Positions 15,625-23,537 of a DNA stretch of 25,827 bases are shown here, piece by piece (the stretch's first letter is position 1; each line of letters starts with the position of its first letter). Origin of the DNA: a virus (taxonomy: Duplodnaviria; Caudoviricetes); IMG/VR virus record IMGVR_UViG_3300037307_000406, positions 1 through 25,827 of that record; one strand, written 5' to 3'. The translations under genes and the position numbers were made by a program. Under the pieces are notes generated by a model that saw only the letters and a program-made list of their open reading frames with translations, had not been told where the DNA came from and ran no database searches.

Positions 15625-16243
15625 CTACATTGGGGAGCGATTCGGGCTGGATCTTGGTCAGCAGCAGATGCCGATTGAGATCAAGGGAGTGGGCAGGGAC
15701 ATCCTGCCCGTGCTGTTCAAGGAGCTGGGATACACCAAGGGTGTGGAGGTAGGGACCTTTGAAGGCGACTACGCTGAAAAACTGTGCCAGGCGAATCCGG
15801 AGCTGCACCTCTGCTGCGTTGATCCGTGGACGAAGTACAAGGGGTACACTGACATCGTCAAGCCCCTCACCATCTCGGTTGCGTACGAGCACGCACAGGC
15901 AAAGCTCGCCACCTACAACTGCACCCTCATCCGGGAGTTCAGCGTGGATGGGGCGAAGCAGTTTCCGGACGGGTCTCTCGACTTCGTGTATCTTGACGGC
16001 AACCACCGCCTCCCGTACGTGATCGAGGACCTCCACGCTTGGATCCCCAAAATCCGCCCAGGCGGAATTATCTCTGGCCACGACTTCAAGAAGCTCAAGG
16101 GCACGACGCGGATTCAGGTGGTGGAGGCGGTTGTGGCATGGACCGATGCTTTCCACATTCGTCCGTGGTTCGTACTGGGCCGCACCAAGACCCGCCCCAA
16201 CGAGTACCGCGACAAGCATCGCAGCTTCTTCTGGGTGGTCTAA
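15611..16243 (+). CDS. Class I SAM-dependent methyltransferase (Methyltransf_24-like)
   Basis: KGVEVGTFEG, CCVDPW, SLDFVYLDGNH, PGGIISGHDF. Confidence 0.9.
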   Translation: MDTLNYIGERFGLDLGQQQMPIEIKGVGRDILPVLFKELGYTKGVEVGTFEGDYAEKLCQANPELHLCCVDPWTKYKGYTDIVKPLTISVAYEHAQAKLATYNCTLIREFSVDGAKQFPDGSLDFVYLDGNHRLPYVIEDLHAWIPKIRPGGIISGHDFKKLKGTTRIQVVEAVVAWTDAFHIRPWFVLGRTKTRPNEYRDKHRSFFWVV

Positions 16244-16890
16244 TGCGTGTCTGCGTCCACTCTGCTGTCTTTGGCAGCTTTGATTCCCCACAGGATCATG
16301 AGCCGCAGGTAAATGTCAATGTGGATATCCGCACGTTCAATGACTCCAACTTCCCAGCTCGCAACCGTACGTTGTCACGCCGCATGGCGGCGAGGATCCC
16401 TAAAGCGTTTGGATGGGACATCCTCCCTGGCTACGATGCCTACATTTGGCTTGATGGATCCCTCCGCCTCTCGAAGCCCGACTCGGTGCAGTGGTTCCTG
16501 AACCACCTCGGCGCCGGAGATATTGCTGTCTTCAAGCACCCAGTCCGCTCCTCCATTGCTGAGGAGATGAGCTTTATTGAAGCAAAGCTCAAGGCCGGGA
16601 GCCACTACATCAAGTCGCGGTACGAGGGGGAGGATCTGGAAGGGCAGAAGCGGGAGCTGCTCGCCGATCCCGCCTATGTGGACACCAACCTCTATGCCAA
16701 TGGCGCGTTCTGTTACCGTCCCACTCCCAAGATCAAGGAAGCGTTCAAGGAATGGTGGTACCACACCTCTCGCTACCACGTCAGCGATCAGTTCATGTTC
16801 CCCTACTGCCTCCGTCACTGTGATGTGCGCGTGATCGATGAGGATATCTATCATTCCTCGCACCTGGAAATGCGGAGGCACTGTGGCTAG
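16243..16890 (+). CDS. DUF616 (TOD1/MUCI70-like) glycosyltransferase-like protein
   Basis: Start ATG 16243 (TAATG overlap); VHSAVFGSFD, YIWLDGS, FKHPVRSSIAEE, DQFMFPY. Confidence 0.75.
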   Translation: MRVCVHSAVFGSFDSPQDHEPQVNVNVDIRTFNDSNFPARNRTLSRRMAARIPKAFGWDILPGYDAYIWLDGSLRLSKPDSVQWFLNHLGAGDIAVFKHPVRSSIAEEMSFIEAKLKAGSHYIKSRYEGEDLEGQKRELLADPAYVDTNLYANGAFCYRPTPKIKEAFKEWWYHTSRYHVSDQFMFPYCLRHCDVRVIDEDIYHSSHLEMRRHCG

Positions 16891-17707
16891 GCAGCTCTCG
16901 TTCTTCTATCGTCGAGGCCAGTTGTCCGGAGAGATCCGCAGGCAGATGGCACGGAGGATTGGAGCGAAGGTCAACCCATTTGATGATACATCTGAAGACA
17001 TCTGCATAGGCATCAAGATGTCTCCTTATGCCGTGGGGCGGGATAAACACGTCTTCAAGTGGCACCGCTTCTACCTGGATCTTATCGATCATTCCACGGT
17101 CCTAAAGTGGCTGAAAAAGCGCCCATGGGTGGATCTGATCGTGGCGTCAAGATCTGCTGAGTTCTATGTTCCACAGCTGCTGCCAAATCCAATTACATTC
17201 ATCCCACAGCACCACTGCAACTTTGAACGCACGGTGAAGAAAATCCGGGAGCCGCGTGTAGTTGCGTATGTTGGCACCACTCCCCCTCTTGCTGATTGGG
17301 TAGACACAGTGGCGTCAGCCATCTCCAAAATGAACCTTGAACTAAGAGTGTACGGCAACTGTGCGCGGCGCGGTCATGTGGTGAATGCCTACCTGGAGAC
17401 AGATATCCAGTTCACGTGGCGCAATGATGTTACGGAGCGTCTACTGTATACCAAAAATCCGCTCAAGATTCTCAATGCCGCCAGTTTTGGAATCCCGACT
17501 GTGGCCAACATTGAACCGGCATTTGAGTACGAGTGCCGTGACCACTATTTTGGCGTGCGTGCCTTGAGTGAAGCCCTTGATGCTATTCGGGAGCTTCAAA
17601 CCAACCCAGCATGCTACGAGCGCTTTGCCGCCGTGGGCCCAACCCTTGCAGAACCTTACCACGTTGATCACATTGGGGCGGCGTTCCAGAGGCTAGCTTA
17701 TGAGTAG
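16883..17707 (+). CDS. GT-B-type glycosyltransferase-like protein
   Basis: GTG 16883 after GGAGG; YLDLID, FIPQHH, VAYVG, KNPLKILNAASFGIPTVA nucleotide-sugar-binding-like motif. Confidence 0.7.
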   Translation: MARQLSFFYRRGQLSGEIRRQMARRIGAKVNPFDDTSEDICIGIKMSPYAVGRDKHVFKWHRFYLDLIDHSTVLKWLKKRPWVDLIVASRSAEFYVPQLLPNPITFIPQHHCNFERTVKKIREPRVVAYVGTTPPLADWVDTVASAISKMNLELRVYGNCARRGHVVNAYLETDIQFTWRNDVTERLLYTKNPLKILNAASFGIPTVANIEPAFEYECRDHYFGVRALSEALDAIRELQTNPACYERFAAVGPTLAEPYHVDHIGAAFQRLAYE

Positions 17708-19439
17708 CCTCTCCATCTGCATCCCGGCTCGGCACGAGGAATTCCTCCCCCAGACCATTGACAGTATCCTCACCAACATGCGCGGGGACACGGAGATCAT
17801 TGTGGTGCTGGACGGCGAATGGCCCCTGGAGCCAATCCAGGATCACCCCAAAGTCCACCTGATCTACCACCCGGAACCTATCGGTCAGCGGGCCGCTGTA
17901 AACGAAGCAGCTAGAGTCAGCACCGCTGACTTCATCATGAAGCTCGATGCCCACTGTGTGGTGGACGAGGGGTTCGATGTCAAGCTCATGGAGCCGTACG
18001 AAACCGGGGAGCTGGAGCGCGACGTAACGACCATGCCCCGGCTCTACAATCTCCATGCCTTCGACTGGGTTTGCCCGAAATGCGGGAGGCATTTCTACCA
18101 GGGGCCGGTACGCACCGAGTGCGGTATCCGCGACGACAAAGGCAACAAGCAGAAGGACCGAGATAACAACGATTCTGGCTGTTGGTACACCGGGGACGAT
18201 TTCATCAAAGAGGTCGTTTTCAAGCCCAGGTTCAACCGTGGCTCGGATCATATGCGCTTCGACGCTACCCTCCACTTCCAGTACTGGCGTGACTTCAAGA
18301 AGGATCCCAGATCCCAGAACACCGACTTCCCCGAGCTGTTCGGAAACCTTGGAGCCTGTGTCTTCATGTACCGGGATCGTTTCTGGGAACTCGGGGGCAT
18401 GGACGAAGCACACGGCAGTTGGGGACAGTTTGGCACCGAGATCAGCTGCAAGAGCTGGCTCAGCGGAGGCAGACAGGTCACCAACCGCCGCACATGGTAC
18501 TCCCACCTGTTTCGTACGCAGGAAGGATTCAGCTTCCCTTACAAACAGAACTGGAAACAGATCAACAAGGGAAGAGAGTACAGCCGCGATCTCTGGAACA
18601 ACAACAAGTGGCCGCAGCAGATCCGGCCACTCAAGTGGTTGATTCGGCACTTCTGGCCCATTCGCTGCGTAGGACCAGATGAGTGGACAGATCCAGGACC
18701 AGCCCCCAAAGCCGGGATCGTCTACTACACAGACAACGAACTCAACCCTATGATTGCGGCGGTGTGCCGCAGACAGCTGCAGGCAGCAGCCGGAGACCGC
18801 GAGCTTGTCAGTGTTACCAGGAAGTCCATGGCCTATGGCCGCAACGTTGTTGTGCCAGGGGAGCGCGGACGGCTGCAGATGTTCAGGCAGATCCTAGCTG
18901 GGTTGGAGGCGTCCACGGCTGACTACGTGTTCTTGTGCGAGCACGACGTACTGTATCACCCTTCTCATTTTGAAATCGAGCCCCCACGGGAAGACACAAT
19001 TTACTACAATGTGAACACCTGCCATGTGGACGTAGCTGGGAAGCACGGCGTTAAGTATACTACCCATCAAGTGGCGTCTCTGTGCGCCTACCGCCCCCTG
19101 CTCCTGGACTACTACCGTAAGCTGGTGGCTGCAGTGGAAGCTGATGGATATGATCACAGCTGGGGCTACGAGCCTGGATCGTGGCTGGGGCGCAAAACGT
19201 TCATGCCCATTCCCACCTGTGACTGGTCCTCCAAGTTCCCTAACATCGACATTCGCCATGACCAGAACCTCACGGCCTCTCGCTGGTCCCAGGATCAGTT
19301 CCACGACAAGCGTACGTGCCAGAACTGGCAGGAGATCACCACCATCGAGGGCTGGAGCGTAGCTGTAATCGACTTCCCCTGTTGGCTGGCCGACTATTGC
19401 CATTTGCACCCCCGAACGGTCAGACTTGGAAGCAGGTAG
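17700..19439 (+). CDS. Two-domain glycosyltransferase (GT27/GT2-like N-domain plus second GT-A domain)
   Basis: LSICIPARHEEFL, MKLDAHC, FWELGGMDEAHGSWGQFGTEISCKSWLSGG...SHLFR; C-domain GIVYYTDN...YVFLCEHDVLYHPSHF...NIDIRH. Confidence 0.9.
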   Translation: MSSLSICIPARHEEFLPQTIDSILTNMRGDTEIIVVLDGEWPLEPIQDHPKVHLIYHPEPIGQRAAVNEAARVSTADFIMKLDAHCVVDEGFDVKLMEPYETGELERDVTTMPRLYNLHAFDWVCPKCGRHFYQGPVRTECGIRDDKGNKQKDRDNNDSGCWYTGDDFIKEVVFKPRFNRGSDHMRFDATLHFQYWRDFKKDPRSQNTDFPELFGNLGACVFMYRDRFWELGGMDEAHGSWGQFGTEISCKSWLSGGRQVTNRRTWYSHLFRTQEGFSFPYKQNWKQINKGREYSRDLWNNNKWPQQIRPLKWLIRHFWPIRCVGPDEWTDPGPAPKAGIVYYTDNELNPMIAAVCRRQLQAAAGDRELVSVTRKSMAYGRNVVVPGERGRLQMFRQILAGLEASTADYVFLCEHDVLYHPSHFEIEPPREDTIYYNVNTCHVDVAGKHGVKYTTHQVASLCAYRPLLLDYYRKLVAAVEADGYDHSWGYEPGSWLGRKTFMPIPTCDWSSKFPNIDIRHDQNLTASRWSQDQFHDKRTCQNWQEITTIEGWSVAVIDFPCWLADYCHLHPRTVRLGSR

Positions 19440-19447
19440 GCACAGGG

Positions 19448-20071
19448 ATGGCATACGTTTCGGTACCCACATCGCTCACCACCTCCACATGGACGGGCCT
19501 CTACTCCTACCTTGGGGACGTGAACGATCTGTCGTACATTGAGTCACCTACCTCGCCCGTGGCTGCACAGACGTTCTCGTGCAACATGGGCGCTGTAGAT
19601 GCACCTGTTGACGACACAGGGCACCTGATTCGAGCCAGGATCTGCATCTCTCCTGCTGCTGGAGAGGATCTGGATCTGGTCCTGCAGCTGGAAAATACAG
19701 ACGACAGCTCTGTTGTCGCCACCAGGATCAAGGCCCATGTTCCAGATTCATTTACCGACTATGTCTTCAACCTTTTGGAGTCAGAAGCTGCTCTTATTCA
19801 CAACTACAGTGGCCTGCGTATTGTTGGCTATGGGCGCCCAACTGTAGGCGCTCAGACAATCTCCTTTGTCTGGAGCGCAGTTCCCAGCGCCACCTCGTAC
19901 GTTTTGTACGTTGGGACTACGTCAATGGCGTCCGATGTGCACAGTGACAATGTCGGCAACGTGCTAACGCACGAAGTATCCTTAAGTGGAGGCACCTACT
20001 TCTGCCGCGTTGCGGCAATTGTGGGCGGCATTGAGCAAACAGCCACAGACGAGCAAGTGGTGAACGTATGA
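19448..20071 (+). CDS. Putative structural protein: beta-rich module plus FN3-like C-terminus
   Basis: ATG 19448; C-terminal FVWSAVPSATSYVLYVG...YFCRVAA is FN3-like; N-terminal module is related to parts of the downstream fibre-like ORFs. Confidence 0.7.
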   Translation: MAYVSVPTSLTTSTWTGLYSYLGDVNDLSYIESPTSPVAAQTFSCNMGAVDAPVDDTGHLIRARICISPAAGEDLDLVLQLENTDDSSVVATRIKAHVPDSFTDYVFNLLESEAALIHNYSGLRIVGYGRPTVGAQTISFVWSAVPSATSYVLYVGTTSMASDVHSDNVGNVLTHEVSLSGGTYFCRVAAIVGGIEQTATDEQVVNV

Positions 20072-21999
20072 GGAAGTGGCTAATTGCAGCCTCGCTTGTT
20101 TTGGCGCTCGCGGTGGACCCAAGGACGCAGACCGCGCCGAAGATCGCGTGGACGTTTGCGGGTACCGATGTGACCCGGTTCGAGTTGCTGCTGAACACCG
20201 ATTGGGTGGTGGACATGGGCCTGCCTACCCCCACGGGTGACGTGTACGAATACACGCTCCCGGCGCTTCCGGCGGGTATGTGGACGGCGCTCGTGAGGGC
20301 GTGTTACGGGTCGGTCTGTACGCCAGCGGCCTCGGCGATCACGATTGTCAAGATGGTCGCGGATGGCGCGAATAATCACAACTTCCATTGGGTTGACAAC
20401 GACGGCGCGGCGGCGTGGGAATCCTGTGACGGTGACACGCCCATCAGCGGAAGTGCGGCCTGCTCACTCACCACGGCTAACGCGAACGCCACGGCGGGCG
20501 ATACGGTGTGGATGCGTGGCGGCACCTACACGACGACGCCACTTGTGCCAGCGAAAAGCGGGTCAGCCGGGAGCCGCATTACGTTCCGCGCTTACCCCGG
20601 CGAAACGCCGACGATCACCTGGAATAGCGGCACAGACAGAGGATTCAGCATTTCAGGGAAGGACTATATCTCGATCATCGGGTTGTCCTTCATCGACTGT
20701 GGCGCATGGGGGCAGTTGGCGAACGGGGCCGACTACAACGAGATCGCCTACTGCACGTTCAGCACCAGCGGGTATGTGAACGGCAACAAGGGGATCTATG
20801 TCTGGTACACCAGCACGCACAACTGGATTCATCACAACACCTTCGGGCGCAATCTGGTCAATGCGGGATGCGAGGATGAGGGCGGCAATTTATGGTTGGG
20901 TGTCTATCCCCCGTCAATCGGCATAGACAACTACAACGTCGTTGAACATAACGAGTTCCATTCAGGTGGGCATCATCTGATGGAAACATACTCAAAATAC
21001 AACATCATTCGCCAGAACGTCTTTCACAACGAAGGATTCTACAGCTTAGGTGGCTGCACATGGGGGCCATCGGCCCGCAACGGGTTATATGGCAACCGCA
21101 ACCTGCAAATCTACGACGGCGGCAACAGTGGCGGGATGTTCAATCTCGTGGAGGACAACCGCACGGGGCATTCAGCGTTTGCCCCCGGCACGACCGAGGG
21201 CGCAGAGGATGGCAACCTGACCATCACCGCCCCCAAGAACATTGTTCGCTATAACTACTCGTACTACTCGGAAACGTGGGGCATCTACTTCAAGGCTGGC
21301 ACACTGTCATACGGCGAGAACAACCGCGTCTACAACAACACCCTGTACAACAACGGGGTCGATAGCCAAATCTATCCGACGGCTTGGACGGGCTATGGCG
21401 ACCTCGACTGGCGAAAAGGGATTGGGGATCAATGCGGCGTGGCCTCGCAATGCGACCAGAACATCATCAAGAACAACATCATCTATGGCAGTTACACCGC
21501 AGATGTAGCGGATAAGTCGGGGAACACGTACACGCACAACTGGCTGACGGCGACGGGGAATCCGGGGTTGGCCGGTACAGATACCTCTGATGCTACCAGC
21601 CTCGTGAATCCCACGCTGACGCTAGGTGGGACATCGGCCGCGCTCAACGGAGCGACGTATCTGACGCAGGCAAACGGGGCTGGAAGCAGCAGCACGACGT
21701 TGGTGGTCGATGACGCCCTGTACTTTCAGGATGGGACGTGGGGTAACACGCTGAGTCCTGTCCGTGCTGACTGGATCGCCATCGGCACGGTGGACAACGT
21801 GGTGGCAATCAGCAGCATCGACTACACCACGAACACGATCACACTGGCGTCGGCGATGACATGGGCCGACAATGCGAACATCTGGCTGTACAAGGACTCC
21901 AGCGGGCGGCGGGTGCTGTACAGCACGGCCCCGGACTATGGCGCGTATGAGTACGGCACACCGACCCCGGCTGCGCCGACGGCGATTGTGGTGAGGTAG
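20068..21999 (+). CDS. Right-handed parallel beta-helix (pectate lyase-like) protein with signal peptide
   Basis: AGDTVWMRGGTY, ITFRAYPGETP, Asn-ladder repeats (HNWIHHNTF, NVVEHNEF, NRVYNNTLYNN, NIIKNNII), APDYGAYEY; N-terminal MRKWLIAASLVLALA. Confidence 0.82.
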   Translation: MRKWLIAASLVLALAVDPRTQTAPKIAWTFAGTDVTRFELLLNTDWVVDMGLPTPTGDVYEYTLPALPAGMWTALVRACYGSVCTPAASAITIVKMVADGANNHNFHWVDNDGAAAWESCDGDTPISGSAACSLTTANANATAGDTVWMRGGTYTTTPLVPAKSGSAGSRITFRAYPGETPTITWNSGTDRGFSISGKDYISIIGLSFIDCGAWGQLANGADYNEIAYCTFSTSGYVNGNKGIYVWYTSTHNWIHHNTFGRNLVNAGCEDEGGNLWLGVYPPSIGIDNYNVVEHNEFHSGGHHLMETYSKYNIIRQNVFHNEGFYSLGGCTWGPSARNGLYGNRNLQIYDGGNSGGMFNLVEDNRTGHSAFAPGTTEGAEDGNLTITAPKNIVRYNYSYYSETWGIYFKAGTLSYGENNRVYNNTLYNNGVDSQIYPTAWTGYGDLDWRKGIGDQCGVASQCDQNIIKNNIIYGSYTADVADKSGNTYTHNWLTATGNPGLAGTDTSDATSLVNPTLTLGGTSAALNGATYLTQANGAGSSSTTLVVDDALYFQDGTWGNTLSPVRADWIAIGTVDNVVAISSIDYTTNTITLASAMTWADNANIWLYKDSSGRRVLYSTAPDYGAYEYGTPTPAAPTAIVVR

Positions 22000-22001
22000 A
22001 T

Positions 22002-23219
22002 ATGGCGACCAGCTATACCGATCTGTACGTGAACTCCAGCGCCGCCAATGACACGGGCGATGGATCGATCGGAAGCCCCAAGCAGAAGCTCAATAGCGCG
22101 GTCAGCTTGCTGGACGCCAATACCTCGGCGTGTACGATTCACTGCTATGGTTCGGCAGCGGATACCCAGGCGGTCACCATCGCCAACACGAGGATGGCGA
22201 GCGGGGTGCTGCTCACGATCCAGACTGACGAGGGAGCAAATAGACCGGTTGGCGTCTGGGATACCGGCAAGTATCGACTAGAAGTGAGTGCGGCCAATGC
22301 TCTGTACTCCAACGTCACGCATCTGACCGTCACGGGTATTCAGATCAAGTCTACCCTGTCGAGCAGCAGCACGAAGAACGGCATCACCGCAAATCCCGAT
22401 GCGAGTTCGACGGCCGTGTACACGATTTCCAAGTGCATCATCCGGGCCGAGGTGAGTGGCACCTCGGACACGCTGCGGGCGATCAGTTGCACCTACAAAG
22501 CCAGCGGCACGATGACGATGTATGCGTGGAACAACGTGATCTACGACTACATTAACGCGGGGTACTCCGCGATTTATGGATTCTGGTGCGATAACAGTTG
22601 GACGGCCTACGTTTATAACAACACCTTCCACAACTGCGGCGTCGGCATCAATCGCAATAACGGGACGCTGACAGTCAAGAACAACATCGTCGATGGCTCT
22701 GGCGACACGCTGGCCTACGTGGGCACGATGACCGCCGACTACAACGCGACGGACGGGGCTGATGAGGGCGGCGGTGGTGATCATGATGTGACCTTTGCGA
22801 CGTTCGTGTTCAACAACGGCGACAATGGCGACTTCAGCCTCATCGCTGGCACTGACCAGACGGTGTATGAGGGAGGGCTGGCCGATCCCAGTTCCGGGTT
22901 GTTCTCCGATGACATCGCTGGCACCACGCGCACCTCGCCGTGGTCAATCGGCGCGTTTGAATACGACGGTCCCGCCGCCCAATTCGCCCGCCCCGCGTCC
23001 ACGGTGGCGGCGGGGAACTGGGATGGGTTCATTTCGGGAGTAGACCAAAACGATTCCTCTAACCTCGATAATTATATTGATGAGGAAACGGCGTCCGACA
23101 CTGATTCGATTCGCAGTGCTGCTTCACCTAGTGACGATACCTGTACCGTAACCCTTAGCAGCATCTCCACCCCGGATGTCGGCACCGTAACCATGCGCGT
23201 GCGCTGCCGAACCCTGTGA
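22002..23219 (+). CDS. Beta-helix fibre/spike-like protein with C-terminal module
   Basis: LYVNSSA..DTGDGS..SP, AWNNVIYD, VYNNTFHNC, VKNNIV, WSIGAFEY; C-terminal AQFARP... module. Confidence 0.78.
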   Translation: MATSYTDLYVNSSAANDTGDGSIGSPKQKLNSAVSLLDANTSACTIHCYGSAADTQAVTIANTRMASGVLLTIQTDEGANRPVGVWDTGKYRLEVSAANALYSNVTHLTVTGIQIKSTLSSSSTKNGITANPDASSTAVYTISKCIIRAEVSGTSDTLRAISCTYKASGTMTMYAWNNVIYDYINAGYSAIYGFWCDNSWTAYVYNNTFHNCGVGINRNNGTLTVKNNIVDGSGDTLAYVGTMTADYNATDGADEGGGGDHDVTFATFVFNNGDNGDFSLIAGTDQTVYEGGLADPSSGLFSDDIAGTTRTSPWSIGAFEYDGPAAQFARPASTVAAGNWDGFISGVDQNDSSNLDNYIDEETASDTDSIRSAASPSDDTCTVTLSSISTPDVGTVTMRVRCRTL

Positions 23220-23235
23220 GAAAGGATCTAGCTCA

Positions 23236-23535
23236 ATGGCCGCTAGTATCCGCATCGCACGGCTGACATTCGAGGTCCCGCCAGCTACGCAGTTTGCGTA
23301 TCCTGTTGACGACATCTCCGACGGATTGTGGAAGAATGAGATCGGATCCAATACCAATCTCTATGTGTCTGTAGCCGATGCCAGTACGCCGGGGGCTCCC
23401 AACGATGGCTCCTGGATCCAGTCAGATGCCAATCCGGTTGACGACCTCTGTGTCTTGAAGCTTACAGAACTCGCCACGCCCGTGGCGGGATCTGTTTTCG
23501 TCCGCATTCGCGCCAAGTGGGTTGAGGCCACTTAG
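23236..23535 (+). CDS. Small structural protein paralogous to the C-terminal module of 22002-23219
   Basis: TQFAYP...NLY...PVDDLCVLKL...TP..G.V.VRIR aligns by eye with AQFARP...NLD...PSDDTCTVTL...TP..G.V.MRVR. Confidence 0.72.
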   Translation: MAASIRIARLTFEVPPATQFAYPVDDISDGLWKNEIGSNTNLYVSVADASTPGAPNDGSWIQSDANPVDDLCVLKLTELATPVAGSVFVRIRAKWVEAT

Positions 23536-23537
23536 CT

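Noticed and set aside
6144-18650. Long minus-strand ORFs (e.g. 6144-7154, 11139-11843, 17583-18650)
   Set aside because: Antisense shadows of GC-rich plus-strand genes with no recognisable motifs.
14743-19439. DNA hypermodification or O-antigen seroconversion cassette
   Set aside because: No base-hydroxymethylase or nucleotide-modification genes, no GtrA/GtrB-like or multi-TM proteins, and the location is in the virion operon. Not formally excluded without assays.
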